Assembly (NCBI GenBank): GCA_034722955.1
Contig: JAYEOM010000011.1
Span: 1-24,818, forward strand
Direction of reading: 5' to 3'
Length of the DNA: 24,818 nucleotides
From: Campylobacterota bacterium
GTDB taxonomy: Bacteria; Campylobacterota; Campylobacteria; Campylobacterales; Sulfurovaceae
Part shown: positions 7,918 to 17,059 of the stretch, one piece after another
How the letters are laid out: each line of letters starts with the position of its first letter
Numbering within the stretch: position 1 is the first letter of the stretch
Made by a program: the position numbers and the translations under genes
The notes under the pieces: generated by a model
Databases searched by the model: none
Told to the model about the DNA's origin: nothing
The model's input: the letters and a program-made list of their open reading frames with translations, nothing else

Positions 7918-8718
7918 CTACCTACCAATACAACATTTCTTATACTTCTTACCACTGCCACAAGGACAAGGGTCATTTCTGCCCACTTTTGAAAAAGGTT
8001 CTATATTGTCTTGAAATACATTAAGCTTAGTTTTCTCTTTTCGTAAACCTAAATGTATTTCTATACTTTCTATATCTCCACACATTAGCTCATCTACATC
8101 TTTAGTTTTATAAGTTTTACGAATCAAATCAATATGTCTATCTTTTCCGAGGGTAACAAGAGATGTGATAGCAAAAGAGAGAGCGACAGGATGGGTCTTT
8201 TCATTTTCTAGATAACGAATCATCATAGCTTCTATACGATTAGAACTATTTGGCTCTGTTTCTAACATATACTCTATACCATCAAAGATACCTATAAGTC
8301 CATATAATTCTGGATTTTCAAATATATATTTCTCAAAATAATCCAATCCATCTATACCCATATTTGTGACATATTGGACAAAAGCTTCAAGAAAATATTC
8401 ATTTCCATCATTCTCTTTCTCTTTCTATTTCTTCTCTAAAATAATATCAATAGACTCCACAGCTTTTATTTTACCTAGAACATTGACAGCATGTATCGTA
8501 GCAAAAAAGAATTTTTCTATTAATTTATCATCATCTATCAAGTTATATGCTTCATATGTAGCCAATTCAATAAGCTCATCTGTATCATCTTTTGTAAATT
8601 TGAATTTTTCATAAATCTTTAAATTAACTTTTCCTCGCAAAGACTCTTTGCCCAACTCAAACAGTGCTTGTATCTTTGTTGAATACTTTTTTGTAAAATC
8701 TCCGTATACTCTGTTCAT
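7918..8718 (-). pseudogene. Helical (DUF1186-like) + SEC-C motif protein interrupted by one in-frame TAG at 8425-8427
   Basis: ORFs 8425-8718 and 7918-8361 are in the same frame, reading ...[31 protein letters not shown]...; C-terminus [20 protein letters not shown]. The DUF1186 label is tentative. Confidence 0.75.
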
Positions 8719-9398
8719 TTTGTTTCTCCTTTTGATTTTAGTTTTTTGGTTAAGAAATAGACTATCATTTGAGAAAACTCATAATATTTACCATTATCAT
8801 CTATCTCTTCATACTTGCTAACATCCTGCTTGATGGTCTGATTTGTCCAGCCTCGTTTATTTAGATTTTGAATTAACCTTTGATAAGATTGCTTTCGGTT
8901 TCTTTTCAACATTGAATTATTGAGATTTAAAATAGTGTTTAACTCTTTATCTATTCTAGAATCCACAGAAGAGATGTCTCCTAATTTAGAATATTTTATA
9001 TATTGCTCTATAGCACCTAAAAGATTGATACTATTTAATTCATCTTCTCCTTTAAAGCTATCACAATACTGCTCTTTTTTTCGTTTGCCCTCGCCTCCAT
9101 TACAAGCAATAAAAAGATTTTGGTAATCTATTTGCACATCTCTATTTTTTGTTTGTGGTTTAAAATGTTCTATTTTACTACTATTGCAATCTATGCGACT
9201 CATACAATAACAACAGATATAACCTTGCTCTTCTAAAAGCTGTTTTCTTAGATTATATTTTTCATCTTCGCTACAACCTTCTTTTGTTTTATCTTTAAAA
9301 TCTTCATAAATATTACTTTTTCTCAAATCACTATGAGTAATAGAGCTTCTATACTCTGTAAGACTTTTGGGTTCTGTTCCTTTATTTATCTGTTTCAA
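8715..9398 (-). CDS. HNH endonuclease, TIGR02646 / Septu-retron PtuB-like
   Basis: LLEEQGYICCYCMSRI, IEHFKPQ, DYQNLFIAC...CDSFKG and LNLN..L...R motifs; directly downstream of an ABC ATPase. Confidence 0.85.
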   Translation of the reverse strand: MKQINKGTEPKSLTEYRSSITHSDLRKSNIYEDFKDKTKEGCSEDEKYNLRKQLLEEQGYICCYCMSRIDCNSSKIEHFKPQTKNRDVQIDYQNLFIACNGGEGKRKKEQYCDSFKGEDELNSINLLGAIEQYIKYSKLGDISSVDSRIDKELNTILNLNNSMLKRNRKQSYQRLIQNLNKRGWTNQTIKQDVSKYEEIDDNGKYYEFSQMIVYFLTKKLKSKGETK

Positions 9399-9401
9399 GT
9401 A

Positions 9402-10328
9402 TTAATCCCTCCAAAAAGCTATATCATTTCTCATTGCCAAAACTTCACTATCATTTTCACCTATAACCTTTTCAAGAGTATCAATACATATTTCAGCTTC
9501 ATCATATTTGTCATCATTCAAAAGCTCTTGACACTCTTTAATTTTTTTGGAGACACTCTCTTCTCTTGTATATTGTATTCCCATAACTTCTTCAAGAACC
9601 CACTCTATATCACGACCATAAGCCAATACATCATTTATAACCTCGACCTCGTCATTTTCATTCATAGCAAGAAGTCTAATCCACTCATTTTTTGCACTCC
9701 CAATAATATGAGGCGAATGAGTAGCTATAATGATTTGACAATTATTCTCTTTGGCAAAAGTTTCATAGAGTTTCAGTATTTTATTTTGCCATGATGGATG
9801 CAGAGATAGCTCTGGCTCATCTATAAGAACAATTTGGTTTCTAATATCTTTAAAATAGAGGTACAACACTTTAGAGAGAAGAGTTTTCTCTCCTGTAGAT
9901 ATATCATCTATAGAGAGCTTGTCACCTCTTTTATTTCTAAAAAATAAATTTCCCTCTCCATCTCTACTATCAAATACTATTTTCATATCAAAACCATCTA
10001 ATATACTATTGATATAATTACGAACTCTTTTGTATATTTTACTCGCAACTATATCCTCTTCATAAACCATTTTTTCTATATATTTGGGCATAAATTCTTT
10101 GATGTCGTTCAAACTATATTGTGCAGGGAAGTAGATAGAATTATGGGCAATTTCACTCTTTATAAACTCTAAAATAGTTGTTTTTCCTGTACCATTGACT
10201 CCTGCTATGATAATAAGCGGTAGAGGATTGCTATTTTTATCAGAAAATGAGATTTTAAAATCTTGAAACAATTTATACTCTACGATATGTAAGTCTTGTA
10301 ATTTTTCTCCTCTATCTACATCAAACAT
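9402..10328 (-). CDS. ABC/AAA ATPase, Septu/retron PtuA-like
   Basis: Walker A GVNGTGKT, signature ISTGEK, Walker B VLIDEPELSLHPSWQ, H-loop ATHSPH and C-terminal YGRD..WVLEEVMG. No adjacent permease; paired with the HNH gene. Confidence 0.85.
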   Translation of the reverse strand: MFDVDRGEKLQDLHIVEYKLFQDFKISFSDKNSNPLPLIIIAGVNGTGKTTILEFIKSEIAHNSIYFPAQYSLNDIKEFMPKYIEKMVYEEDIVASKIYKRVRNYINSILDGFDMKIVFDSRDGEGNLFFRNKRGDKLSIDDISTGEKTLLSKVLYLYFKDIRNQIVLIDEPELSLHPSWQNKILKLYETFAKENNCQIIIATHSPHIIGSAKNEWIRLLAMNENDEVEVINDVLAYGRDIEWVLEEVMGIQYTREESVSKKIKECQELLNDDKYDEAEICIDTLEKVIGENDSEVLAMRNDIAFWRD

Positions 10329-10713
10329 TATCTACTTCCCTCTTCATATAAAAGATATTCTCACTCAAAGCCCCCACCAAAAAACTATCCATATTTTTAG
10401 ATAGAGATAGTTTATCACTCTCATCATACGCCATAATCAAACTCATAGCATTGTTGAACTTCACATATCCCAAGCTAATGGCGTGTTTATATTTGAAGTA
10501 TTCACTCTCTATGACTCTCTTTAGCTTAGTTGAACTGTTGGCTCTCAAATAAGACTCTAGCAAATCACCATTTTTTTGATGAGCTTTGCTCTGCGATATG
10601 AGATATTTTGCCATCTGACCAGAGATATAAAAAAACTCTTCTGCTGTTAGATTATCATAATTTGCATCCTCTATTCTCTCTATCATACTCTCTTGCATCT
10701 TTTTTATATTCAT
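10321..10713 (-). CDS. cas11: Putative internally translated Cas11b (130 aa) within cas8b copy 1
   Basis: In-frame ATG at 10713 (MNIKKMQ...) preceded by AAAAGGGAGAAGAGACT. Confidence 0.6.
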   Translation of the reverse strand: MNIKKMQESMIERIEDANYDNLTAEEFFYISGQMAKYLISQSKAHQKNGDLLESYLRANSSTKLKRVIESEYFKYKHAISLGYVKFNNAMSLIMAYDESDKLSLSKNMDSFLVGALSENIFYMKREVDNV

Positions 10714-11988
10714 AGTCTCTTCTCCCTTTTTGCGTAATGAAAATTTTAGATTTAAGCTCAGTCCAGCTGAAAGAAATCTCCCTCTAATGATATGTTCTAT
10801 AGCCAAATGTGTTGCATACTTCTCTATGACTTTATAAAATGCTCTATCATCATACTTTTTGAAATACCCACTCATCGCATCGCGTGTAGTGTAGATAAAT
10901 GAAGCGAAATTATTGTCAAGTTTTTTATACACTTCTCCATAATAGTTATTTTTGAGTTGTCTATTATAGAGTACCTCATCTATTTTATCCTCTAAAATAT
11001 TGAGATATTCTATAGTCTCATCTTCTATCAGCACTTTACCCTTTTTGAGTAGCAGATGGTTTTTTATAGTGATAGGCTCTTTTAATTTATCTATTTTAAT
11101 AGGCAAATAATCAAAATCTATAACCAAATCTTTTTCTCTAAAGTCCCTATTGATAAAAAACTCACTACCTAGGGGTGTTTTGTCCATATATTTTTGAGTC
11201 TTTAGCCAATCAAAAAACTTTTTTTCCATAAGAACATCTTCTTTGAGTATCAGAAATGGTGTAGATGTTTTTCTTGTTAAATTCTTACAAAATGGTTTTT
11301 TATCATTTAGCACTATATTTGAATCAGGTAAACCATAAATAAGATTTTCTATGTATTTTGAATAAATATTTTTATTAAAAAGTTTAAGTGAAAAATAGAT
11401 AGCACTTTCTTCTTTATATCTATCCAATGGCACATCAAAAAATATTTTAATATAATTGGTAATTTCATTATCTTTTGCAAGATTCATAATTGTTTCCATA
11501 TTATTTTTTAAAAATTTATATTTTTTAGCAACATCACGCTTTCTATCACAAGTATTTAATTTCTTATACTCTTTTACAATTTTTATTTCATGTTTATCTT
11601 TGAAAGAAAAATTCAATAATTTATTATATAGATTTTTTTTAATATGTTCTAAATTCTCTAAATTAAATTGCTCGACTTTCATATATAAAGATAAATAATT
11701 ATTATTATGAATAATCTTTTTGGGTGCATCAAGAACTTTTCTATTGCTTATCACATCACTATAATAGTCCCTCTCCTTAAACCACTCATAGGCTTTACTA
11801 TTTAATCCACCGTTGATATCACTAAAAATTAGTTCTCTATTTTTGCGTTTGACTATAAAAGCTTGGGAGGTCTTATCACTATTGACTTTGATATACATCC
11901 CCTCTTTTAGCTCATAAGAACCCAAAATTAGCATATCACCTCTCTGTTCATACTCTCTTTTGAATACTTCTAATAAATCATAAATCAT
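10321..11988 (-). CDS. cas8b: Type I-B Cas8b/Csh1-like large subunit (copy 1, adjacent to cas6)
   Basis: Csh1-like N-terminus (MIYDLLEVFK...ILGSYEL.EG.YI, RDYYS, KKIIHNNNYLS, LNDKKPF) and C-terminal SGQMAKYLISQSK and NNAMSLIMAY; ATGA overlap with cas6. Confidence 0.82.
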   Translation of the reverse strand: MIYDLLEVFKREYEQRGDMLILGSYELKEGMYIKVNSDKTSQAFIVKRKNRELIFSDINGGLNSKAYEWFKERDYYSDVISNRKVLDAPKKIIHNNNYLSLYMKVEQFNLENLEHIKKNLYNKLLNFSFKDKHEIKIVKEYKKLNTCDRKRDVAKKYKFLKNNMETIMNLAKDNEITNYIKIFFDVPLDRYKEESAIYFSLKLFNKNIYSKYIENLIYGLPDSNIVLNDKKPFCKNLTRKTSTPFLILKEDVLMEKKFFDWLKTQKYMDKTPLGSEFFINRDFREKDLVIDFDYLPIKIDKLKEPITIKNHLLLKKGKVLIEDETIEYLNILEDKIDEVLYNRQLKNNYYGEVYKKLDNNFASFIYTTRDAMSGYFKKYDDRAFYKVIEKYATHLAIEHIIRGRFLSAGLSLNLKFSLRKKGEETMNIKKMQESMIERIEDANYDNLTAEEFFYISGQMAKYLISQSKAHQKNGDLLESYLRANSSTKLKRVIESEYFKYKHAISLGYVKFNNAMSLIMAYDESDKLSLSKNMDSFLVGALSENIFYMKREVDNV

Positions 11989-12707
11989 CTCATCCCCCTA
12001 CCCAAACAAAACCCACCACCAAAGCTATTCTTCTCTCCAAGCCCACAAGCTAGGGCTACAAAAGCCAACTTTTGGCTCACTTCATCTTCGTTGGGAACTA
12101 TCTTGAACTTATTGCCATAAAACTTGACAGGTTTGCCATCACTATGTGTTTTGTTGGTTTGTATAGTCTGTAGGCGGTTGTTTTTGAGTTCAAATAGTTG
12201 GATGAAGTTTTGTATGCTTTTGATTGGTTCATTGTAAAACTCTTGGTATTTTTTCTCTAGGTTGTCTTGAAGTTGTTTATGTAGGAGCATCAAGTCATCT
12301 TCTTTGACCCAGTATCTGTCTTTGGCTACGGTGACGATGACAGGGGTGGCAGAGTAGAGTTCTGAGATGAAAAATTGGTTGATAGTTTTTTTGTGTGTCT
12401 CTACTATGAGTAGGTGGGGGTTGTCTATGTTGGCTCTTAGCGTAGTGGAGAGTCTATCTATGAAGCTCTTCTCTAGTGAGCGGATGACAAACTTATAGGT
12501 GTTGCCTTTGAGATATATCTTGTCGCGTTCTATGGGAAGTAGTCCACCAAACAGATAGTGTTTAAATCCTGTAGTACTATGAAGTTTTTTCAGCTCCTCG
12601 TCTTGAGCCATAGAGTAGCTGATATAGCGTGATAGTATGTCAAAGCTTTGCGTGAAGCTAATATCCTCTTTTATGTATGCTGTGCATGTCAGTTCAAAAT
12701 ATTTCAA
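11985..12707 (-). CDS. cas6: CRISPR-associated endoribonuclease Cas6
   Basis: C-terminal G-rich loop GLGEKNSFGGGF; H...FKHYLF motif; TTG start with AAGGAG RBS. Confidence 0.95.
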   Translation of the reverse strand: MKYFELTCTAYIKEDISFTQSFDILSRYISYSMAQDEELKKLHSTTGFKHYLFGGLLPIERDKIYLKGNTYKFVIRSLEKSFIDRLSTTLRANIDNPHLLIVETHKKTINQFFISELYSATPVIVTVAKDRYWVKEDDLMLLHKQLQDNLEKKYQEFYNEPIKSIQNFIQLFELKNNRLQTIQTNKTHSDGKPVKFYGNKFKIVPNEDEVSQKLAFVALACGLGEKNSFGGGFCLGRGMR

Positions 12708-12736
12708 AATATCTCCTTATTGAAAATAATATTTTG

Positions 12737-12745
12737 ATTATAGCA
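12737..12745 (-). promoter_or_regulatory. Extended -10 promoter (TGCTATAAT) of the cas6 operon
   Basis: Perfect TGnTATAAT about 30 nt upstream of the cas6 start. Confidence 0.7.
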
Positions 12746-12805
12746 CAACCCAGAGGGATAGGTGTGATATTGTGCCATCTTGGAGTATCCTGATTTGGAA
12801 CCTTC

Positions 12806-15046
12806 TTAGAAACGCTCCTCCATCTCTACATTGATCTCTCTCATTTTTGCTCCTTGATCTAGGCATCGTATCTGATGTTTGCCAGGGGGTAGGTAGCGGT
12901 ATAGCGGTATCCCTGATTTGCCCTCAAGTGGAGGGTCATTGTCTATCAGCCACAGGATAGTGGTATTTGTCTCAAAGGCGTAGCATTGTAGTTTTGTCTT
13001 TTTGAACTCTTGGGGCAAGAGTCTGTTTTGGATCTGTTTCTGCCCATCGACAGGACTGGTGATGAGGGGATCATATGCTCTCCACATGGGATAGCAGGTA
13101 TGGGATGATAGCTCCTCCATAGAGCTGATACGCCTACGGTCAAAGAGTGTCGCTAGAACCTCTGCACGCAGTAGATGACATGGCAGTGTCGCATCGACCC
13201 CATCGATAACTTCATCATATATATACTCTCTGCAAGCTCCTATCTCTATGGTATCTTGACATATTTTTTTACTCTTGATACCTTGAGGCTTGACAAACCA
13301 CTCCTTGGGCTTAAGCAGCCCAAAGATATCCAACAGTGTCGGAGAAGCTGCGGCTAGCCCTGTAAGTCTCCTCTCTTTTTTGCCACTACTAGTCAAGCTC
13401 TTTCCCATAGAGCCATCAAAGTTACCATACCACACTGCGACCGTATATTCAGGAGTATACCCAATACTCAGCATATCTCTAGCATTGGCAGATGTCCCTG
13501 TCTTGAACGCCACTCTCGAACTACTCCCCATATACTCCCATGAGCTTGTAAACGATTGTCTCGGAGCATCGACAAGGATTTGACTGATGAGATAGGAGGA
13601 CTCCTCTGTGAGGATCTTCTGACCTATGGGCGGACTATGGGGCAAAAACGAGCTATTTCGGTAGAGACCTTTGTTTGCAAAAGAGGCAAACAGTTCTGCC
13701 AAATTTTTGAGCGTGATGCCACACCCGCCCAGTGTCAATGAACTACCATAATAATCTTTTGGATGGTTGATAGAGGAGATATTTGCCTGCTTGAGCAGAC
13801 TATAGAGAGAGGCATCACCTAGAAGTCTATCTAGCTCAACAGCAGGGATATTGAGAGAGAGTTGCAGTGCCTCTTTGGCTGTCACTTCACCTAGAAACTG
13901 TTCACTGTAGTTGAGCGGTTTGTAGCCTTCGATACTCAGAGGGATATCATATAGTTTTCTCAGCGGAGTGATAAGTCCCTGCTCCAGTGCTTTGGCATAG
14001 ATGAAAGGCTTGAGTGTCGAACCGGGACTCACTAGTGCTTTGAGACCATCCACCTCTCCTCCATATCTCTTGTCTCTAAAATCTTGAGAGCCTACATAAG
14101 CCAATATTGTCATATCTCTATTGTCGATGACAATTGCGGCAGCATTGTAGATATGCAGCTGATTTAGTATCTCTATCTTATCTTTTAGAAGATATTCTAT
14201 CTGCTGCTGTAGGGAGAGATCTATCGTAGTGACAACCTTGCCTCCGCCTCTAAATTTGGCACTAAGTTGCGGAGCGAAATATACCAAATCCGCTCTATGA
14301 GGAGATAGACTCTCCTGCATAGCCCTACTATACCTCTCTTGTGATAAACCATCATCATCATAGAGTCTAGTGAGCACCTTCTCTTTGAGACGGTTTATAC
14401 GAGAGAAGTTTTTTGACTCTTTTTTGGGCAGGTTTAGATTTGGATTTTGAGGGATAGCTATGAGGTAGGCTATCTGAGCAAGCGAAAGAGACTCTACAGG
14501 CGTGTCGAAGTAGGCAAAAGCAGCCGATGAGAAACCCTCTATATTTCCCCCGTATGGTGTATTGTTGAGGTACATTTCCAAAATCTCATCTTTGGAGTAG
14601 TGATACTCCAGCTGTAGAGAGATAAACATCTCTATAAGTTTATTGCCTACTGTTCTAGGCTTGCGATGCATCATCCTAGCTACCTGCATCGTCAGTGTTG
14701 AAGCCCCTATGGTGCGTCGGTTTCGGAGATTGAACCATGCGGCTCTAGCCAGAGAGATGGGGTTGATACCAAAATGGTGATAAAAATAGTGATCTTCATA
14801 TGCCAAGAGTGTTTGCCTGATATCTTCTGTGATCTCAGATGACTCTATGGGTATCCGCAAAAATCCATCTTCGCTCAAGTGCAGACGCAGCAGTTGATGG
14901 TGCCGATCATAGATCAGGGTTGACTGGGGTTTATAGAGTCGTTTTCGATCCAGAGGATAGAGTCTATCCAGCAGCAAAAACAGAAAGATAGAGAGGAGTA
15001 TAGATAGAGATAAAACTTTGATAGTTTTTCCTACTTTTACCACCAT
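12806..15046 (-). CDS. pbpC: Penicillin-binding protein 1C
   Basis: N-terminal TM; transglycosylase motifs EDHYFYHHFG and GASTLTMQVAR; transpeptidase STLK, SLN and KTGT; PBP1C C-terminal domain (PGKHQI). Confidence 0.92.
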   Translation of the reverse strand: MVVKVGKTIKVLSLSILLSIFLFLLLDRLYPLDRKRLYKPQSTLIYDRHHQLLRLHLSEDGFLRIPIESSEITEDIRQTLLAYEDHYFYHHFGINPISLARAAWFNLRNRRTIGASTLTMQVARMMHRKPRTVGNKLIEMFISLQLEYHYSKDEILEMYLNNTPYGGNIEGFSSAAFAYFDTPVESLSLAQIAYLIAIPQNPNLNLPKKESKNFSRINRLKEKVLTRLYDDDGLSQERYSRAMQESLSPHRADLVYFAPQLSAKFRGGGKVVTTIDLSLQQQIEYLLKDKIEILNQLHIYNAAAIVIDNRDMTILAYVGSQDFRDKRYGGEVDGLKALVSPGSTLKPFIYAKALEQGLITPLRKLYDIPLSIEGYKPLNYSEQFLGEVTAKEALQLSLNIPAVELDRLLGDASLYSLLKQANISSINHPKDYYGSSLTLGGCGITLKNLAELFASFANKGLYRNSSFLPHSPPIGQKILTEESSYLISQILVDAPRQSFTSSWEYMGSSSRVAFKTGTSANARDMLSIGYTPEYTVAVWYGNFDGSMGKSLTSSGKKERRLTGLAAASPTLLDIFGLLKPKEWFVKPQGIKSKKICQDTIEIGACREYIYDEVIDGVDATLPCHLLRAEVLATLFDRRRISSMEELSSHTCYPMWRAYDPLITSPVDGQKQIQNRLLPQEFKKTKLQCYAFETNTTILWLIDNDPPLEGKSGIPLYRYLPPGKHQIRCLDQGAKMREINVEMEERF

Positions 15047-15100
15047 GCAAGCCGTTAAATACCGATAGCCAAAGATCTATTTTTACTCTGTTTCATCTAT

Positions 15101-16168
15101 CTAAAACCTAACCCCAAGACCAAAACTATCTGGTATCTCTATCTGGGATTCATTGAAAATTACTCCACCCTCTACAGGGTTGTTTTGGCATAGACTTACC
15201 GCATCGAGATCCAGCATCGTAATGAGATCGGCCCTAGCAGAGGCGACATGAACAGCAGCACCCACAGAGATAGGACCCTCCAGCATACATCCAAGCATAC
15301 ACTTGACCCCATAGTCATCAGCGATATCTGCCAATTTGAGTGCGTTGCTGATACCTCCGCATTTTGCCAATTTGATATTTATGAGATCAACAGCTTGGAG
15401 ATTTAGCAGTTGTCTCGCATCACCAAGAGTAAAGAGAGATTCATCAGCCAGCAGAGGAGTTTCAACTCGCTCTTTGATATAACGCAACCCCTCGATATCA
15501 TCAGCTTTGACCGGTTGTTCTACAAGCTCCAGTCTGACTCCTCTCTTTTCCAGTGTTGTCAATATAGATACACTCTCTTTGGCTGTCCACCCTTGGTTGG
15601 CATCGACTCTTAGTGTGATATCTCTGCCTACAGCTTGATATATCTCCTCTATGCGTTGGATATCTCTCTCTACGCTCTCCCCAACTTTTAGCTTAAGTAT
15701 AGAGTAACCCAGATCAACACTAGAGAGTGCATCAGAGACCATCTTCTCCATATCTCCCAGAGATATAGTGATATCTGTCTCAAATGCTTTTTTCTCTCCG
15801 CCCAACATCCGATATAGAGGAAGATTTTGGTTTTTAGCCTTTAGATCATAAAGAGCGATCTCCAGTGCTGATTTGGCTGTAGTGTTTTTGAGTATACGAT
15901 ACTCTACTATATCGATCAAACTATCAAAATCTTCGATCTCTCTACCTACGATAAAAGGGCTTAGATAGTCGATCACAGCCTGCATAGTCCCCATCGTCTC
16001 ACCTGTGATCACAGGTGTAGGAGCCCCCTCTCCATAACCTTTTGTCTCACTATCAGTGTGGATGATGACTACCATATCCTCCAGAGACTCTACCCTCCTC
16101 AACGCAGTCTGAAACGGTCTCTTGAGAGGCGATGTGAGTATTTTGGTCTCTATTTTTGTGATTTTCAT
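15101..16168 (-). CDS. L-Ala-D/L-Glu dipeptide epimerase (enolase superfamily)
   Basis: KLKVG, DANQGW, EQP, ADES, NIKLAKCGG, GCMLE and DLD motifs. Confidence 0.9.
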   Translation of the reverse strand: MKITKIETKILTSPLKRPFQTALRRVESLEDMVVIIHTDSETKGYGEGAPTPVITGETMGTMQAVIDYLSPFIVGREIEDFDSLIDIVEYRILKNTTAKSALEIALYDLKAKNQNLPLYRMLGGEKKAFETDITISLGDMEKMVSDALSSVDLGYSILKLKVGESVERDIQRIEEIYQAVGRDITLRVDANQGWTAKESVSILTTLEKRGVRLELVEQPVKADDIEGLRYIKERVETPLLADESLFTLGDARQLLNLQAVDLINIKLAKCGGISNALKLADIADDYGVKCMLGCMLEGPISVGAAVHVASARADLITMLDLDAVSLCQNNPVEGGVIFNESQIEIPDSFGLGVRF

Positions 16169-16174
16169 TCTGTT

Positions 16175-17059
16175 CTAATTTTTGTCATTAAATACATATC
16201 TTTTATCTACCACTTCAACATTGGGCGGAGTACCATAGAGTTCAAAATGGTCATACCCCTCTTTGAGGTTTAGCCAAAAATCATACCATTTGTGACTACT
16301 ATAGTAGTCCATATTCTCTTCTATCATCCGAAAAGGAAAGATGTGTACCCGTACCAGTCTCTGCTTCTGCTCCAGTGCTTGGGCTACCAGTTCATAGATC
16401 TCCTCTATCTTCTCATCAGTCATAGCATAACACCCTATAGAGACACAATCACCATGCACCATCAATGCACTGCCGGTTCTATGGTGTATGCGATCATAAC
16501 TGTTGGGGTACCCTAGGTTGAAAGAGAGATGAAAGCTACTGTTTGGGTTTAACCTGCCTTTTGTGACATAGTAAAACCCCTCTGGCCCCTGCAAGTCTCC
16601 CTCTCTGAGCTTGGGTCCCAAGTAGCCTGACTGACTACAGATCGTATAGGTTTGCAGTAGCTCATATCTCTCTTCTGTTTTGATCCAGAGTTCAAGTTCA
16701 AATGACAATTTAAATATACGGATAAAGATCTCATCACCAATCTCTGCACCCAATCTAGAGAGTTGCTCAGTGAGTGTAGCTTGAGGAGGGGGGAGTGTGA
16801 GATTGGCATCATGAGTTATGATCATATTGTCTATATCAAACACTTGAGACTGGACTGGATGATGAGAGCTAGATAGATACGATATGATCGTGTTGTTTAT
16901 ATCTAGCTCCTCGGAGATCACTTCAGACTCCTTCTGCTTTGCCATACCACTAAGGTACTCTTCTCTCTCTGTCTCCATACCGTCACCTCCCTTGATCCAG
17001 TACTGATCTACCAATACGATAGCCAACACCATAGTCAACAAGAGAGCGAAATACTTCAT
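16175..17059 (-). CDS. YkuD / L,D-transpeptidase family protein (YafK/DpaA-like)
   Basis: IRIFK, GPKLREGD.QGPEGFY, LGYPN.YD and HGDCVSIGCYAM catalytic motif; N-terminal TM. Confidence 0.9.
   Translation of the reverse strand: MKYFALLLTMVLAIVLVDQYWIKGGDGMETEREEYLSGMAKQKESEVISEELDINNTIISYLSSSHHPVQSQVFDIDNMIITHDANLTLPPPQATLTEQLSRLGAEIGDEIFIRIFKLSFELELWIKTEERYELLQTYTICSQSGYLGPKLREGDLQGPEGFYYVTKGRLNPNSSFHLSFNLGYPNSYDRIHHRTGSALMVHGDCVSIGCYAMTDEKIEEIYELVAQALEQKQRLVRVHIFPFRMIEENMDYYSSHKWYDFWLNLKEGYDHFELYGTPPNVEVVDKRYVFNDKN

Noticed and set aside
7918..8000. secA gene
   Set aside because: Only the short SEC-C metal-binding motif is present, with no SecA ATPase domains.
9333..9794. 153-aa + strand ORF and other short antisense ORFs (e.g. 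874-1191, 19908-20297, 20030-20479)
   Set aside because: Shadow ORFs opposite well-supported genes, with no motifs or convincing RBS.
8715..10328. Complete retron system or ABC transporter
   Set aside because: No reverse transcriptase, recognisable msr-msd or membrane permease in the window.
12704..12737. Inverted repeat TCAAAATAT...ATATTTTGA as an RBS-sequestering hairpin for cas6
   Set aside because: One arm lies mostly upstream of the predicted TSS and the sequence is low-complexity AT; an operator role cannot be supported.
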